From an uncultured Thermoplasmata archaeon (GTDB lineage Archaea > Thermoplasmatota > DTKX01 > GCA-020343715): a stretch of DNA of 64,000 bases. Under the pieces are notes generated by a model, which ran no database searches, was not told the origin of the DNA, and saw only the letters and a program-made list of their open reading frames with translations. Position 1 is the stretch's first letter. Each line of letters begins with the position of its first letter. Both the position numbers and the translations under genes were made by a program. The stretch is taken from positions 65,116-129,115 of the forward strand of contig CAYGVT010000070.1 of assembly GCA_964353355.1 (NCBI GenBank), given 5' to 3'. Shown here piece by piece: positions 1 through 8,718 of this stretch.

Positions 1-57
1 CGTCTGGACGGGGTCCGGGGCCGTCCTGAGGGCCTCCGCGCCGGCCATCAAAATGCT

Positions 58-66
58 CATATAACC
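58..66 (+). promoter_or_regulatory. TATA-like box (tcatataac) about 27 bp upstream of ATG 88, suggesting a leaderless proS transcript
   Basis: AT-rich TATA-like motif in GC-rich context at the canonical archaeal -26/-27 distance from the first ATG. Confidence 0.4.
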
Positions 67-87
67 CCCTCGCCGTGGGGGCGTCCG

Positions 88-1503
88 ATGTGCCCAAGGA
101 TGAGCGAGGAGCAGTTCTCCGAGTGGTACAACCAGCTCATCGAGGACGCCGCCCTCTCGGACAAGCGCTACCCCGTGAAGGGCATGAACGTGTGGACGCC
201 CCACGGGTGGAAGGTCATGATGGCCATCGACGCGCTCATCCGCGCGGAGATGGAGCGGACGAACCACGACGAGGTGTGCTTCCCCGTGCTCATCCCCGCC
301 ACCGAGTTCGAGAAGGAGGCGCAGCACATCAAGGGGTTCTCGTCCGAGGTCTTCTGGGTGACCAAGGCCGGCGACAACGTGCTCGACGTGCCGCTCGCCA
401 TGCGCCCCACGTCGGAGACCGCGATGTACCCCATGTTCAAGCTGTGGGTGCGGTCCCACGCGGACCTCCCGCTCAAGACGTTCCAGATCGTAAAGGTCTA
501 TCGCTACGACACCAAGATGACCCGTAGCTTCATCCGGGTCCGCGAGATACACTTCTTCGAGGCCCACACCTGCCACGCGACTTTCGAGGACGCCGAGGCG
601 CAGATACGGGAGGACCTGGACATCTGGGCGCGCCTCTCCAAGGACCTGGCGCTGCCATACCTCACGGCCAAGCGGCCCGACTGGGACAAGTTCCCGGGCG
701 CGTTCTACACCATCGGCTTCGACGTGCTCACGCCCTCCGGCAAGGCCATGCAGATGTCCTCGGTGCACCAGTACAAGACCAACTTCGCCAAGGCCTACGA
801 CATCCAGTACGAGGACGAGAAGGGCGAGCGCACCCACGTCCACCAGACGACCTACGGCATGTCCGAGCGGCTCCTGGGGGCCATCATCGCCGTCCACGGG
901 GACGACAAGGGCGTCGTCCTGCCGCCGGCCATCGCGCCCTTCCAGGTCGTCGTGGTGCCCATCCAGGCCAAGGGCCAGACGCAGGAGGTGCTGGACGCGG
1001 CCAAGGCGCTCGCGGACGAGCTGGATGCCGAGGGGCTGCGGGTGCACTTGGACCTGCGCGACCTGCGGCCGGGCGACAAGTTCTACCACTGGGAGAAGCG
1101 CGGCGTGCCCCTCAGGCTCGAGCTGGGCCCCAGGGACATGAAGCACGGCCAGGTCACGGTGGCGGTCCGGGACCTGCCCGAGCGCACCTCCTTCAGGCGC
1201 GACGAGGTCGTGGCAAAGGTACAGGAGGCGCTCGCCGACATGCAGTGGCGCATGTACGAGCGCGCCGAGAAGGACCTGTTGGCGCGCGTGCACGACCTGC
1301 CCGACATCCCCGCGGGGTTCGAGCTGGAGGACGTCGCGCGCGTTGGCTGGTGCGGCGAGATGGACTGCGCCACGCAGATGGAGGTCCCCCTCGAGGCCAA
1401 GTTCCTGGGCGAGGACCTCGACATGCGACGGCCCCCGCTCGAGCGGTGCACCCAGTGCGGCGCCAAGGCCGTCAAGACGATGTACGTGTCCAAGACGGCG
1501 TGA
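88..1503 (+). CDS. proS: Prolyl-tRNA synthetase, archaeal/eukaryal type (class II)
   Basis: 471-aa ORF with class II aaRS motifs and the ProRS-specific C-terminal zinc-binding region (CTQCG); alternative start ATG 100 (MSEEQF). Confidence 0.9.
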   Translation: MCPRMSEEQFSEWYNQLIEDAALSDKRYPVKGMNVWTPHGWKVMMAIDALIRAEMERTNHDEVCFPVLIPATEFEKEAQHIKGFSSEVFWVTKAGDNVLDVPLAMRPTSETAMYPMFKLWVRSHADLPLKTFQIVKVYRYDTKMTRSFIRVREIHFFEAHTCHATFEDAEAQIREDLDIWARLSKDLALPYLTAKRPDWDKFPGAFYTIGFDVLTPSGKAMQMSSVHQYKTNFAKAYDIQYEDEKGERTHVHQTTYGMSERLLGAIIAVHGDDKGVVLPPAIAPFQVVVVPIQAKGQTQEVLDAAKALADELDAEGLRVHLDLRDLRPGDKFYHWEKRGVPLRLELGPRDMKHGQVTVAVRDLPERTSFRRDEVVAKVQEALADMQWRMYERAEKDLLARVHDLPDIPAGFELEDVARVGWCGEMDCATQMEVPLEAKFLGEDLDMRRPPLERCTQCGAKAVKTMYVSKTA

Positions 1504-1592
1504 GCGGGACCCGCGGACGACCCCGGACTGCGAACGCGGAGCGTTCGCGATAACTGGAATGGGCTGGGGCCACGCCATCGCGGGCGGCCAGC

Positions 1593-1814
1593 TCACTCAT
1601 CGGTGGCCTGCTTCCCGAGCACGGTGTAGAGGAGCGTGCCCACCAGGCCGAAGCCGATGAGCAGGACCGAGATGGTGTACACCGCCAGGTCGGTCCAGGC
1701 GTTGAAGAGCGCGCTCCAAATGAAGTAGAATGCGACGCCCACCGCCAGGAGGAACATGTAAAACACCCGCGGTATGACCGTGGGTACCTCCAGGACCGCC
1801 TCTTCCTCTGCCAT
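1593..1814 (-). CDS. Small membrane protein (2 predicted TM helices), hypothetical
   Basis: 73-aa ORF with two strongly hydrophobic segments; TATA-like aaaaggtttatc (minus strand, about 1838-1850) about 30 bp upstream. Confidence 0.5.
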   Translation of the reverse strand: MAEEEAVLEVPTVIPRVFYMFLLAVGVAFYFIWSALFNAWTDLAVYTISVLLIGFGLVGTLLYTVLGKQATDE

Positions 1815-1909
1815 CCTGCCGGCGCATGGGCTGGGGGAAGATAAACCTTTTGGGCCTAAGTTTCACACCATGCCAGGCATCGCGGGTCGGGCCAGCGGGG
1901 GCGGGGGGC

Positions 1910-3448
1910 TCAGCCAAGAGGCCGCGTGCGCAGCCATCCGAGGTCGGTCTCGTAGAGCTGCCTGATGTCGTCGAGCCCGTACATGACCATGGCGATGCGC
2001 TCGAGGCCCTGCCCCCAGGCGAGCACGGGGTGCTTGACCCCGAACGGGGCCGTCACCTCGGGCCTGAACACCCCGGAGCCGCCCATCTCGAGCCACTTGC
2101 CCCTGAACAGGACCTCGACCTCCATGGAGGGCTCGGTGTAGGGGAAGTAGCCCGGCCGCACACGGATGTCCTCGAACCCGAGGCGCGTGTAGAACTCGCG
2201 CATCACGCCCACGAGCATCGCGAACGACGCGCGCTCCTCCATCACGATGCCCTCTATCTGGTGGAACTCGGGCAGGTGAGAGTAGTCGATGGCCTCGCGG
2301 CGGAAGCACCGCCCGAGCGAGAAGACCTTCACCGGGGGGTCCGGGTGCGAGCTTAGGTGACGGATGGTGAGGACGGTGGTGTGAGTGCGCAGCAGGGCGC
2401 GCCTGGCCTCCGCCTCCGAGTAGGTGCCGCCCCAGCCGCGGGAGCCGGTGTCGCCGCCGTCGAGGTGGATGCGCCGGACCTTGCCCATGAGCTCGGGGTC
2501 GACGTCCAGCTCGGCCGGCTCGCTGAGGTAGAGCGTGTCTTGCAAATCGCGCGCGGGGTGGTCCTGGGGTGTGAAAAGCACGTCCATGTCCCAGAACGCG
2601 GGCTCGACGAAGTCCCCGGCGATCTCCGTGAAGCCCATCTGCTTGAACACCGACCGCACGCGCTCCAGCACCTCGCGCACGGGGTGGGACCGGCCTCCGT
2701 GGACCGCGGGCGCGTAGGCGCCCACGTCGTAGGGCCGCAGCTCGACCTCGCGCCACCGGCCGGTCTTGAGCATCTGGGGCGTGAGCTGGGCGACCTCCTC
2801 GCGCACCTCGATGCCGAGCGCGAGGACCTCTCGGCCGGTCGCGGTGAGGTGGAGCGTGCGCCGGACCTCCTCGCGCACCCTGACGATCGCCTTGCGTCCC
2901 TTGAGGGGCGCGTAGGCCCTGTCGTCGACCCCGTCCAGGGGCAGCCCGCGGTCGCCCGCGATGACGATGTCCTTGACGAGCCTCTCGTCGGGCGCGGGCC
3001 CTGTCGAGGCCGCCGCGTCTCCCTCGGGGGTGAGCTCGAGCACGACCTCCTCGCCCGCGCGGCGCACCTCGGCCCAGCCCCTCCTCTTGAGCAGGCCCAT
3101 CGCGACGCCGACCTCGTCCTTGCCCATGCTGGCGGCGCTCGCGAGGTCGCCCACGGACATCATGCCCGTGCCCGCGAGGGCGGTGAGCGCCCGCCTCTCG
3201 GGGAGCCCCCTCTCGGCCGCGTCAATGGCCTCGGGCCCTGGCGCCAGGAAGCGGTCGATGCGCTCGCCGATGCGCACCAGCCCCTTGCTGGCGAGCCATG
3301 AGGCCGCGTTCATGACCTCGACGAGCTCGGCGAGGCCCGCGGCGCGCTGGACGTCCTCGACCATCGCGCCGTCGTGGTGGGCGAGCGCGAGCAGGACGCG
3401 CCGCTCGCTCGCCGAGAGCTTCTGCGCGACGTCCTCCGCAACTCCCAC
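1910..3448 (-). CDS. pheS: Phenylalanyl-tRNA synthetase alpha subunit (archaeal type)
   Basis: C-terminal class II core FRPEVTAPFGVKHPVLAWGQGLERIAMV; N-terminal wHTH region LSASERRVLLALAHHDG; probable GTG start at 3448 (SD GGAGG 6 nt upstream) or GTG 3457 / ATG 3364; the ORF-track 685-aa extension is run-on. Confidence 0.8.
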   Translation of the reverse strand: MGVAEDVAQKLSASERRVLLALAHHDGAMVEDVQRAAGLAELVEVMNAASWLASKGLVRIGERIDRFLAPGPEAIDAAERGLPERRALTALAGTGMMSVGDLASAASMGKDEVGVAMGLLKRRGWAEVRRAGEEVVLELTPEGDAAASTGPAPDERLVKDIVIAGDRGLPLDGVDDRAYAPLKGRKAIVRVREEVRRTLHLTATGREVLALGIEVREEVAQLTPQMLKTGRWREVELRPYDVGAYAPAVHGGRSHPVREVLERVRSVFKQMGFTEIAGDFVEPAFWDMDVLFTPQDHPARDLQDTLYLSEPAELDVDPELMGKVRRIHLDGGDTGSRGWGGTYSEAEARRALLRTHTTVLTIRHLSSHPDPPVKVFSLGRCFRREAIDYSHLPEFHQIEGIVMEERASFAMLVGVMREFYTRLGFEDIRVRPGYFPYTEPSMEVEVLFRGKWLEMGGSGVFRPEVTAPFGVKHPVLAWGQGLERIAMVMYGLDDIRQLYETDLGWLRTRPLG

Positions 3449-3491
3449 CGTTCCCACCTCCTCTCCTGGTGCGCGCGATTGTCCGAGCGCG

Positions 3492-3499
3492 ATAAAAAG
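3492..3499 (-). promoter_or_regulatory. TATA box (ctttttat on minus strand) for pheS
   Basis: Only AT-rich octamer in the aspS-pheS spacer, about 27 bp upstream of predicted pheS TSS/start. Confidence 0.4.
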
Positions 3500-3504
3500 C
3501 CTTC

Positions 3505-4842
3505 CTACGGCACCAGCCGCTGGCGGTCGCGCGGGTAGAGCACGGCCTCGCGTATGTTCCCCAGGCCCAGCAGCTTCTGCATCAACCTGTCGATGCCGTA
3601 GCCGAAGCCGCCGTGCGGCGGCATGCCGTACCGGAAGGCCCTCAGGTAGAACTCCATCGTCTCGGGGTTGATGCCCGCCTCCTTGATCTGCCGAACGAGC
3701 ACGTCCATGCGGTGCTCGCGCATGCCGCCCGAGGCTATCTCCTGCCCCCTCACGTCCAGGTCGAAGTAGCCCGTGAGGTGGGGCCTGTCGTCGTGGCGCC
3801 GCGCGTAGAAGGTGCCCGTCTTGAACCGGGTCGGGAAGTCCGTGATGAAGTAGAACTCCTCCCCCCACTTGGCCTTCACGACCTCGCCGAGGAGCTTCTC
3901 GTGCTCCGTGCCCATCTCCTCGCTGTCGCGCACATCGTGGCCCTCGTCGCGCAGGAGCTCCATGCACGTCTCGTAGGGGATGCGCCTGAAGGGCTGCGGC
4001 GGGACCTCGAGGCGCACGCCCAGGCGCTCCATGAGCCCGCTCCCCTCCTCGATGAGGCTGCGGACGGCGTCGACGGTCACGCGCTCGGCCACCTCCATGA
4101 TGTCCTCGGAGGACGTGATGAACGCGCGCTCGATGTCGAAGGAGATGAACTCGCTCAGGTGGCGGATGGTGTCAGAGGGCTCCGCGCGGAACGCGGGCGC
4201 GACCTCGTAGATGCGGTCGAGGCCCGTGGCCATCAGCTGCTGCTTGTAAAGCTGCGGGCTCTGCGCCAGGTAGGCGGGGCGGCCGAAGTACTCCAGCTTG
4301 AAGAGGGTGGCGCCGCCCTCGGCACCCGCGCTCACTATCTTGGGCGTCGCGACCTCGACGAAACCCATGTCCGCGAGGCTCCGCCTGATGCCCTGCACGG
4401 CGATGCTGCGCAACCGGAAGATGGTGCCGACCTCGGTCTTGCGCAGGTCGATGAACCGGTTATCGAGCCGCGTGTCCAGGTCGGCCGAGACCTTGTCGAT
4501 GACGCCCAGGGGGAGGGGGACCTCTGCCCTGGAGAGGACCGTCCACCGCCCGGGCAGGAGCTCGAAGCCCGCCTTGACCTGGGCGTTCTCCTGCACGCGG
4601 CCGGTGACGGACAGCACGCTCTCGCGCGGGAGCTCCACGAGCTCCTTGAAGGCGTCCTTGCCGAGCTCCTTCTTGAGCACCGTGACCTGCACGACGCCGT
4701 CGCGGTCCCGCAGCTGCAGGAAGGCAATGCCGCCGAGGTTGCGCACGTCCTGCAGCCAGCCCGCGACGGTGACCGACGTGCCGAAGTCGTCGGGACCGAT
4801 CGCGGCAGAGTACTTGGTCCTCCAGCTGGGTGTTCCTTCCAT
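3505..4842 (-). CDS. aspS: Aspartyl-tRNA synthetase (archaeal type)
   Basis: 445 aa; N-terminal OB anticodon-binding fold (LQLRDRDG), class II motifs FRAE...; C-terminus GYGIDRLMQKL...YPRDRQRLVP is typical of AspRS. Confidence 0.85.
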   Translation of the reverse strand: MEGTPSWRTKYSAAIGPDDFGTSVTVAGWLQDVRNLGGIAFLQLRDRDGVVQVTVLKKELGKDAFKELVELPRESVLSVTGRVQENAQVKAGFELLPGRWTVLSRAEVPLPLGVIDKVSADLDTRLDNRFIDLRKTEVGTIFRLRSIAVQGIRRSLADMGFVEVATPKIVSAGAEGGATLFKLEYFGRPAYLAQSPQLYKQQLMATGLDRIYEVAPAFRAEPSDTIRHLSEFISFDIERAFITSSEDIMEVAERVTVDAVRSLIEEGSGLMERLGVRLEVPPQPFRRIPYETCMELLRDEGHDVRDSEEMGTEHEKLLGEVVKAKWGEEFYFITDFPTRFKTGTFYARRHDDRPHLTGYFDLDVRGQEIASGGMREHRMDVLVRQIKEAGINPETMEFYLRAFRYGMPPHGGFGYGIDRLMQKLLGLGNIREAVLYPRDRQRLVP

Positions 4843-4939
4843 GGGGATGACCGGATGGGCAAAGGCCTGCCCGGTATAAACCCTTTCGGACGGAATCCGG
4901 GGGGCCCGCCCCCCCGCCAGGGATGGGACGTGGCCGCGC

Positions 4940-5203
4940 TCAGGGCCGGGTCCGCTGGCCCCGTCCCCGGATGGCCGCGGACAGAATCTTCCTCACGCGG
5001 ACGCTCTCGATGTAGCTCTCCGAGAGCCGGCGGGCCGTCTCCTCGTCCATCCCACCGGAGACGAGCTGCCGACGGAACCGCCTCTCGGCGCGCTGCGCCT
5101 TCTTCTTGGCCTTCAGGACGGCCCAGCCGACCCGCATGAGGGCCATCAGGCCCGCGGTGGTGCCCACGGCGACCCATCTGATGACATCGTTCCTGTTGGG
5201 CAT
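4940..5203 (-). CDS. Hypothetical small membrane protein (N-terminal TM, basic C-terminus)
   Basis: 87-aa ORF, single hydrophobic helix followed by Lys/Arg-rich region; no homology recognised. Confidence 0.3.
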   Translation of the reverse strand: MPNRNDVIRWVAVGTTAGLMALMRVGWAVLKAKKKAQRAERRFRRQLVSGGMDEETARRLSESYIESVRVRKILSAAIRGRGQRTRP

Positions 5204-5236
5204 GACCTCACCGGAGTGGTGCCTCGAGGGGGACCG

Positions 5237-5584
5237 TCAGTGCTCGTGACCGTGGCCGTGCAGGTGCTCGCCGGGCTTTCGCTCCCCGATGACCTTCGCA
5301 AGCGATGCGAGGGGGCTCAGGGAGCTCATGTATCGCTGCGTGAGCTCGAACGCCTGCTCGGGCGCCATGCCCGCCTCGATCATCGACTTGTAGAAGTGCG
5401 CTACTGCCGCGCCGTACTTCTCCGCGTTCTCCTTGCTGTAGAGCACGTCCGTGAGGCTGCCGAGCAGCTCTGGTATCTTCTCCGACACCGCGCCGATGAG
5501 CTCAGCGACCTGGTCGGGGCCCCACTGCTTCGCCATATCCTTGCCGAAGTCCTCGTCGCGCTCGCCGTTCGTCATTTTCCACAC
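5237..5584 (-). CDS. Hypothetical protein with His-rich C-terminus (HLHGHGHEH)
   Basis: 115-aa ORF with balanced, non-GC-artefact composition; function unknown. Confidence 0.45.
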   Translation of the reverse strand: MWKMTNGERDEDFGKDMAKQWGPDQVAELIGAVSEKIPELLGSLTDVLYSKENAEKYGAAVAHFYKSMIEAGMAPEQAFELTQRYMSSLSPLASLAKVIGERKPGEHLHGHGHEH

Positions 5585-5676
5585 CTCGTCTTTGTCCTGT
5601 CGGGGCGGGGTCGTCCCCGCCCGCCTTGGGATTTACAAGGGCGGTCATGGTATATGAGGGCGGTGGCCAATTGTGG

Positions 5677-6153
5677 TCACCGGCGCAGGCCCAGCAGACG
5701 GTACCACCTCTCGACGACCGCGTCCGAGATGCGGTACCTGCTCACCACCGAATCGCCCTCCCTCACGGCGATGCCGGCCTCCACAAGCGATTGGAGGCGC
5801 TCGCGCACGACCGTCCGGGAGGCGGTGCCGCGCCGCGCGCGCAGCCTGTCCGTCACCTCGGACACGTTGAGCCCGCCCTGGTCGAACAGCACGCGCACGA
5901 CCTCGACGGAGATGGGGTCCTTGAGCTCCGGCAGCACGGCCTCCGGCGAGATGACGCCGTTGCGCTGGTAGAGCTCGAGGAGGCGGAAGTAGTTGCCCGC
6001 GACGTCGCGCATGCGCTCGAGCTGGTCGACGGCGTCGACGATGGGCGCGCCCACCCGGGAGAGCGTCGCCTGGAGGGCGTCCACCTGCTCGCGCAGGCGT
6101 CGGACCTCCGACTGCAGCTCTGCGACGGCCTCCTCCTCGGGACCCTCGCCCAT
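5677..6153 (-). CDS. Putative transcription regulator: N-terminal coiled coil + C-terminal winged-helix
   Basis: 158 aa; heptad-like N-terminus (AELQSEVRRLREQVDALQATL) and C-terminal wHTH-like segment (RERLQSLVEAGIAVREGDSVVSRYRISD). Confidence 0.5.
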   Translation of the reverse strand: MGEGPEEEAVAELQSEVRRLREQVDALQATLSRVGAPIVDAVDQLERMRDVAGNYFRLLELYQRNGVISPEAVLPELKDPISVEVVRVLFDQGGLNVSEVTDRLRARRGTASRTVVRERLQSLVEAGIAVREGDSVVSRYRISDAVVERWYRLLGLRR

Positions 6154-6256
6154 GCGTGCGCGATGGTGAGGGGGGGATTATTAAGTTTCCCTGGTGTGGG
6201 GGCTCGAGGTGGCATACATCCGGGCCCGCCGTGGGGCGCCAGCGCGCGACCGGGGC

Positions 6257-7048
6257 TCACTCGCCCGAGGGCTCATCGGGCTTCTTGGGCACGGACTCGT
6301 CCACGTGCTCGAGCTCCGCGCCCTCCTTGGCCTTGCCCTCGGCCGGGGCCTCCTCCTTCTTCTCGGGCTCGGCCTCCTTCTTGACGTAGACCTCGCGGAA
6401 GACCACGGTCTTCAACCCGGCCTGCTCGCGCAAGTCGCCGACCAGGCGCAGCTTGCTGAGCGTCCAGTTGGGGTCGTACTTGCACAAGTCGGGGAGCGTG
6501 ACCGTGAGCGCGTCCGGGGCGTCGAACATGAGCTGGAACTCGTCCTCGCGGCCGTAGCCCATCGCGATGATGGCGCGCACGCGGGCCTCGGGGGTGCCGG
6601 CCTTGCCGACGACCTTGAAGCGGTACTTCAGGGTCTTGCCCGCGAGGCGGTGGTTGAAGTCGACGCGGATGCGGCCCGTGAACATGCCGGAGATGTAGCC
6701 CTGCCGGTTGTTGATGACGACGGACTTGCCGGGGGCAGGCTCGATGCGCAGCCGTGCGAGCTTCATCTCGGAGAAGGTCTCGACCTCCTCGGGGTTGTAC
6801 GCACCGTAGGCCTTCTCGGGGGGGATGACGACCTCGTAGTCTCTGTCCATCTCGGCCTTGAGCAGCTCCTCCTCGAGGCCAGGGATGAGGCGACCAGCGC
6901 CCACGATGGTGTTGATGGGACCGTACTTCTTCTCCTCGTCGTGGGCCTTCTCCGTCTTCGCCAGCTCCTCGTTCGTGGTGTCGAACAGCTCCTTGGTGCC
7001 AGCGATCCAGCCATCGTACTCGAGCTGGATGATGTCTCCCTTCTCCAT
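6257..7048 (-). CDS. FKBP-type peptidyl-prolyl cis-trans isomerase (long archaeal FKBP with IF/C-terminal domain)
   Basis: Start MEKGDIIQLEYDGW...; FKBP core motifs (VVGAGRLIPGLEEELL, EKAYG); acidic Lys/Glu-rich C-terminal tail; the upstream 37 codons in the ORF track are run-on. Confidence 0.8.
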   Translation of the reverse strand: MEKGDIIQLEYDGWIAGTKELFDTTNEELAKTEKAHDEEKKYGPINTIVGAGRLIPGLEEELLKAEMDRDYEVVIPPEKAYGAYNPEEVETFSEMKLARLRIEPAPGKSVVINNRQGYISGMFTGRIRVDFNHRLAGKTLKYRFKVVGKAGTPEARVRAIIAMGYGREDEFQLMFDAPDALTVTLPDLCKYDPNWTLSKLRLVGDLREQAGLKTVVFREVYVKKEAEPEKKEEAPAEGKAKEGAELEHVDESVPKKPDEPSGE

Positions 7049-7242
7049 GACAGGTCCTCCAGGGCCGCCTGGGGCGGCAAGTCGGGCGTACAGGGCGGGG
7101 GGTATATTACCTTTTGGCAACCCGTGGCGGGACGCCTGGTGCCCCGCGCGGCCTGGCATGTCGGTATGGGGGGCGGGGCGCCTTACCGGGGAAACGTATT
7201 TGCGGGCCCTGTCGGATACGTAACTTCCCGGGTGGTTACCGC

Positions 7243-8718
7243 ATGACGTTCGACCAAGTCCTCCCTGAGCTCGACACCGACCTCCTCCCCAAGGCCATGG
7301 GGAGGGCCTCCAGTCTCGGCGCGTCCTACGCGGACGTGCGCCTCGAGGCCACAGTCTCCGAGTACGCCGAGGCCGAGAACGGCGACATCAAACGGCTCGA
7401 CGTCGCGACCGGCACGTCGCTGGGCGTGCGCGCGCTCGCCGGCGGCGCGTGGGGGTTCGCCTCCGCGGACGTGCCGGAGCCCCGCGCGCTGCGCGCCCGC
7501 CTCATGGCCGCGACCGAGAGGGCCGTCCGGCACGCGAGGGCCACGGCCAGGTTCGGTCCCGTCGAGCTGGCCCCACTGAGGCCGGTGGTCAAGGACGTCC
7601 CGCTGCGCGTGAAGAGGGAGCCCTGGTCTGCGGAGGGCAGGAAGGACCTCGCTGCGTCCGTGACCAAGGAGATGATGACCGTCGACGGCATGGCGCTTGC
7701 GCTCGTCGAGGTCGGGCACACGCTCTTCGACTGGCACCTCGCCTCCACCGAGGGCGCGCGCATCTCGCGCCGGTGGCTTCTCACCGACGGCTCCTTCCAG
7801 GTCCACGCCGTCGGGCCCAAGGGCTCGCAGACGTGGTGGAGGCCCTTCGGGGCGACGGGCGGGCTGGAGCTCCTCCGGGGCGAGCGCGACCCCGCGGCCA
7901 TCGGCCCCGACCTGGCCAGGCGTGCCGTCGCGCTCACCAGGGAGGCCGAGACGCCCCCCTCGGGCAGGACGACGGTCATCACCACGCCCGAGTTCGACCA
8001 GCTTCTCGTGCACGAGGTCATGGGCCACCCCTCGGAGGCCGACCGCGTGCTGGGCGGGGAGAGCGCGTGGGCCGGCCGCGCCTGGTGGTCCGACAAGGTG
8101 GGGGGGCGCGTGGGCTCGGACCTGGTCACGGCCGTGTCCGACGCGCGGCCCATCGGGCGGCATGCGGGCGCCTTCGGCACGTTCCCCTACGACGACGAGG
8201 GCGTGCCCGCGAGGCGGGTGGTGAACGTCGAGCGGGGGCTCCTCAAGAAGTTCCTGCACAGCCGCCAGACGGCGGCCGTCATGGGCGTGCCCCCCAACGG
8301 CGCGATGCGCGCCGTCGCGGCCTCGGACGTGCCCATCATCCGCATGACGAACACCTACTTCGAGCCCGACCCCGAGGGGCCCTCGACGCTCGAGGAGTGC
8401 ATCGAGGACGTCCACGACGGGGTCATCATGGGCTGGTCCTCCATACCCTCCATCGATTCCATCAGGCTGCGGTTCCAGATAAACGCCTACGAGGGCTGGC
8501 GCGTCAGGGACGGCGAGGTCGTGGGCCTGCTCAAGAACCTGGCGCTGCTTGGCAGCACGCCCGACTTCTTCAGGACCGTCCGCCTGGTTGGCAACGAGCG
8601 GACATGGAAGTTGCTGCCCCTGCCCAACTGCGGCAAGGGCGACCCGATGCAGATAGCGCGCGTCGGCAACGGCGGGCCCGTGATGGTCGGCGAAGGAATG
8701 GTCCTGGGGGTGGCCTAG
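7243..8718 (+). CDS. tldD: TldD family metalloprotease
   Basis: HExxxGH-type motif HEVMGHPSEADR, TldD/PmbA fold signature, 491 aa; immediately followed by a paralog (pmbA/tldE). Confidence 0.85.
   Translation: MTFDQVLPELDTDLLPKAMGRASSLGASYADVRLEATVSEYAEAENGDIKRLDVATGTSLGVRALAGGAWGFASADVPEPRALRARLMAATERAVRHARATARFGPVELAPLRPVVKDVPLRVKREPWSAEGRKDLAASVTKEMMTVDGMALALVEVGHTLFDWHLASTEGARISRRWLLTDGSFQVHAVGPKGSQTWWRPFGATGGLELLRGERDPAAIGPDLARRAVALTREAETPPSGRTTVITTPEFDQLLVHEVMGHPSEADRVLGGESAWAGRAWWSDKVGGRVGSDLVTAVSDARPIGRHAGAFGTFPYDDEGVPARRVVNVERGLLKKFLHSRQTAAVMGVPPNGAMRAVAASDVPIIRMTNTYFEPDPEGPSTLEECIEDVHDGVIMGWSSIPSIDSIRLRFQINAYEGWRVRDGEVVGLLKNLALLGSTPDFFRTVRLVGNERTWKLLPLPNCGKGDPMQIARVGNGGPVMVGEGMVLGVA

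Noticed and set aside
1863-3967. Overlapping long minus-strand ORFs (297 aa, 685 aa) and plus-strand 314-aa/236-aa ORFs around pheS
   Set aside because: Only the frame with PheS-alpha motifs is coding; the 685-aa ORF N-terminal 170 aa is run-on upstream of the real GTG start next to a TATA box
3613-5177. 508-aa plus-strand and 280-aa minus-strand ORFs overlapping aspS and its downstream spacer
   Set aside because: Antisense or alternative-frame, Arg/Pro-rich, no motifs
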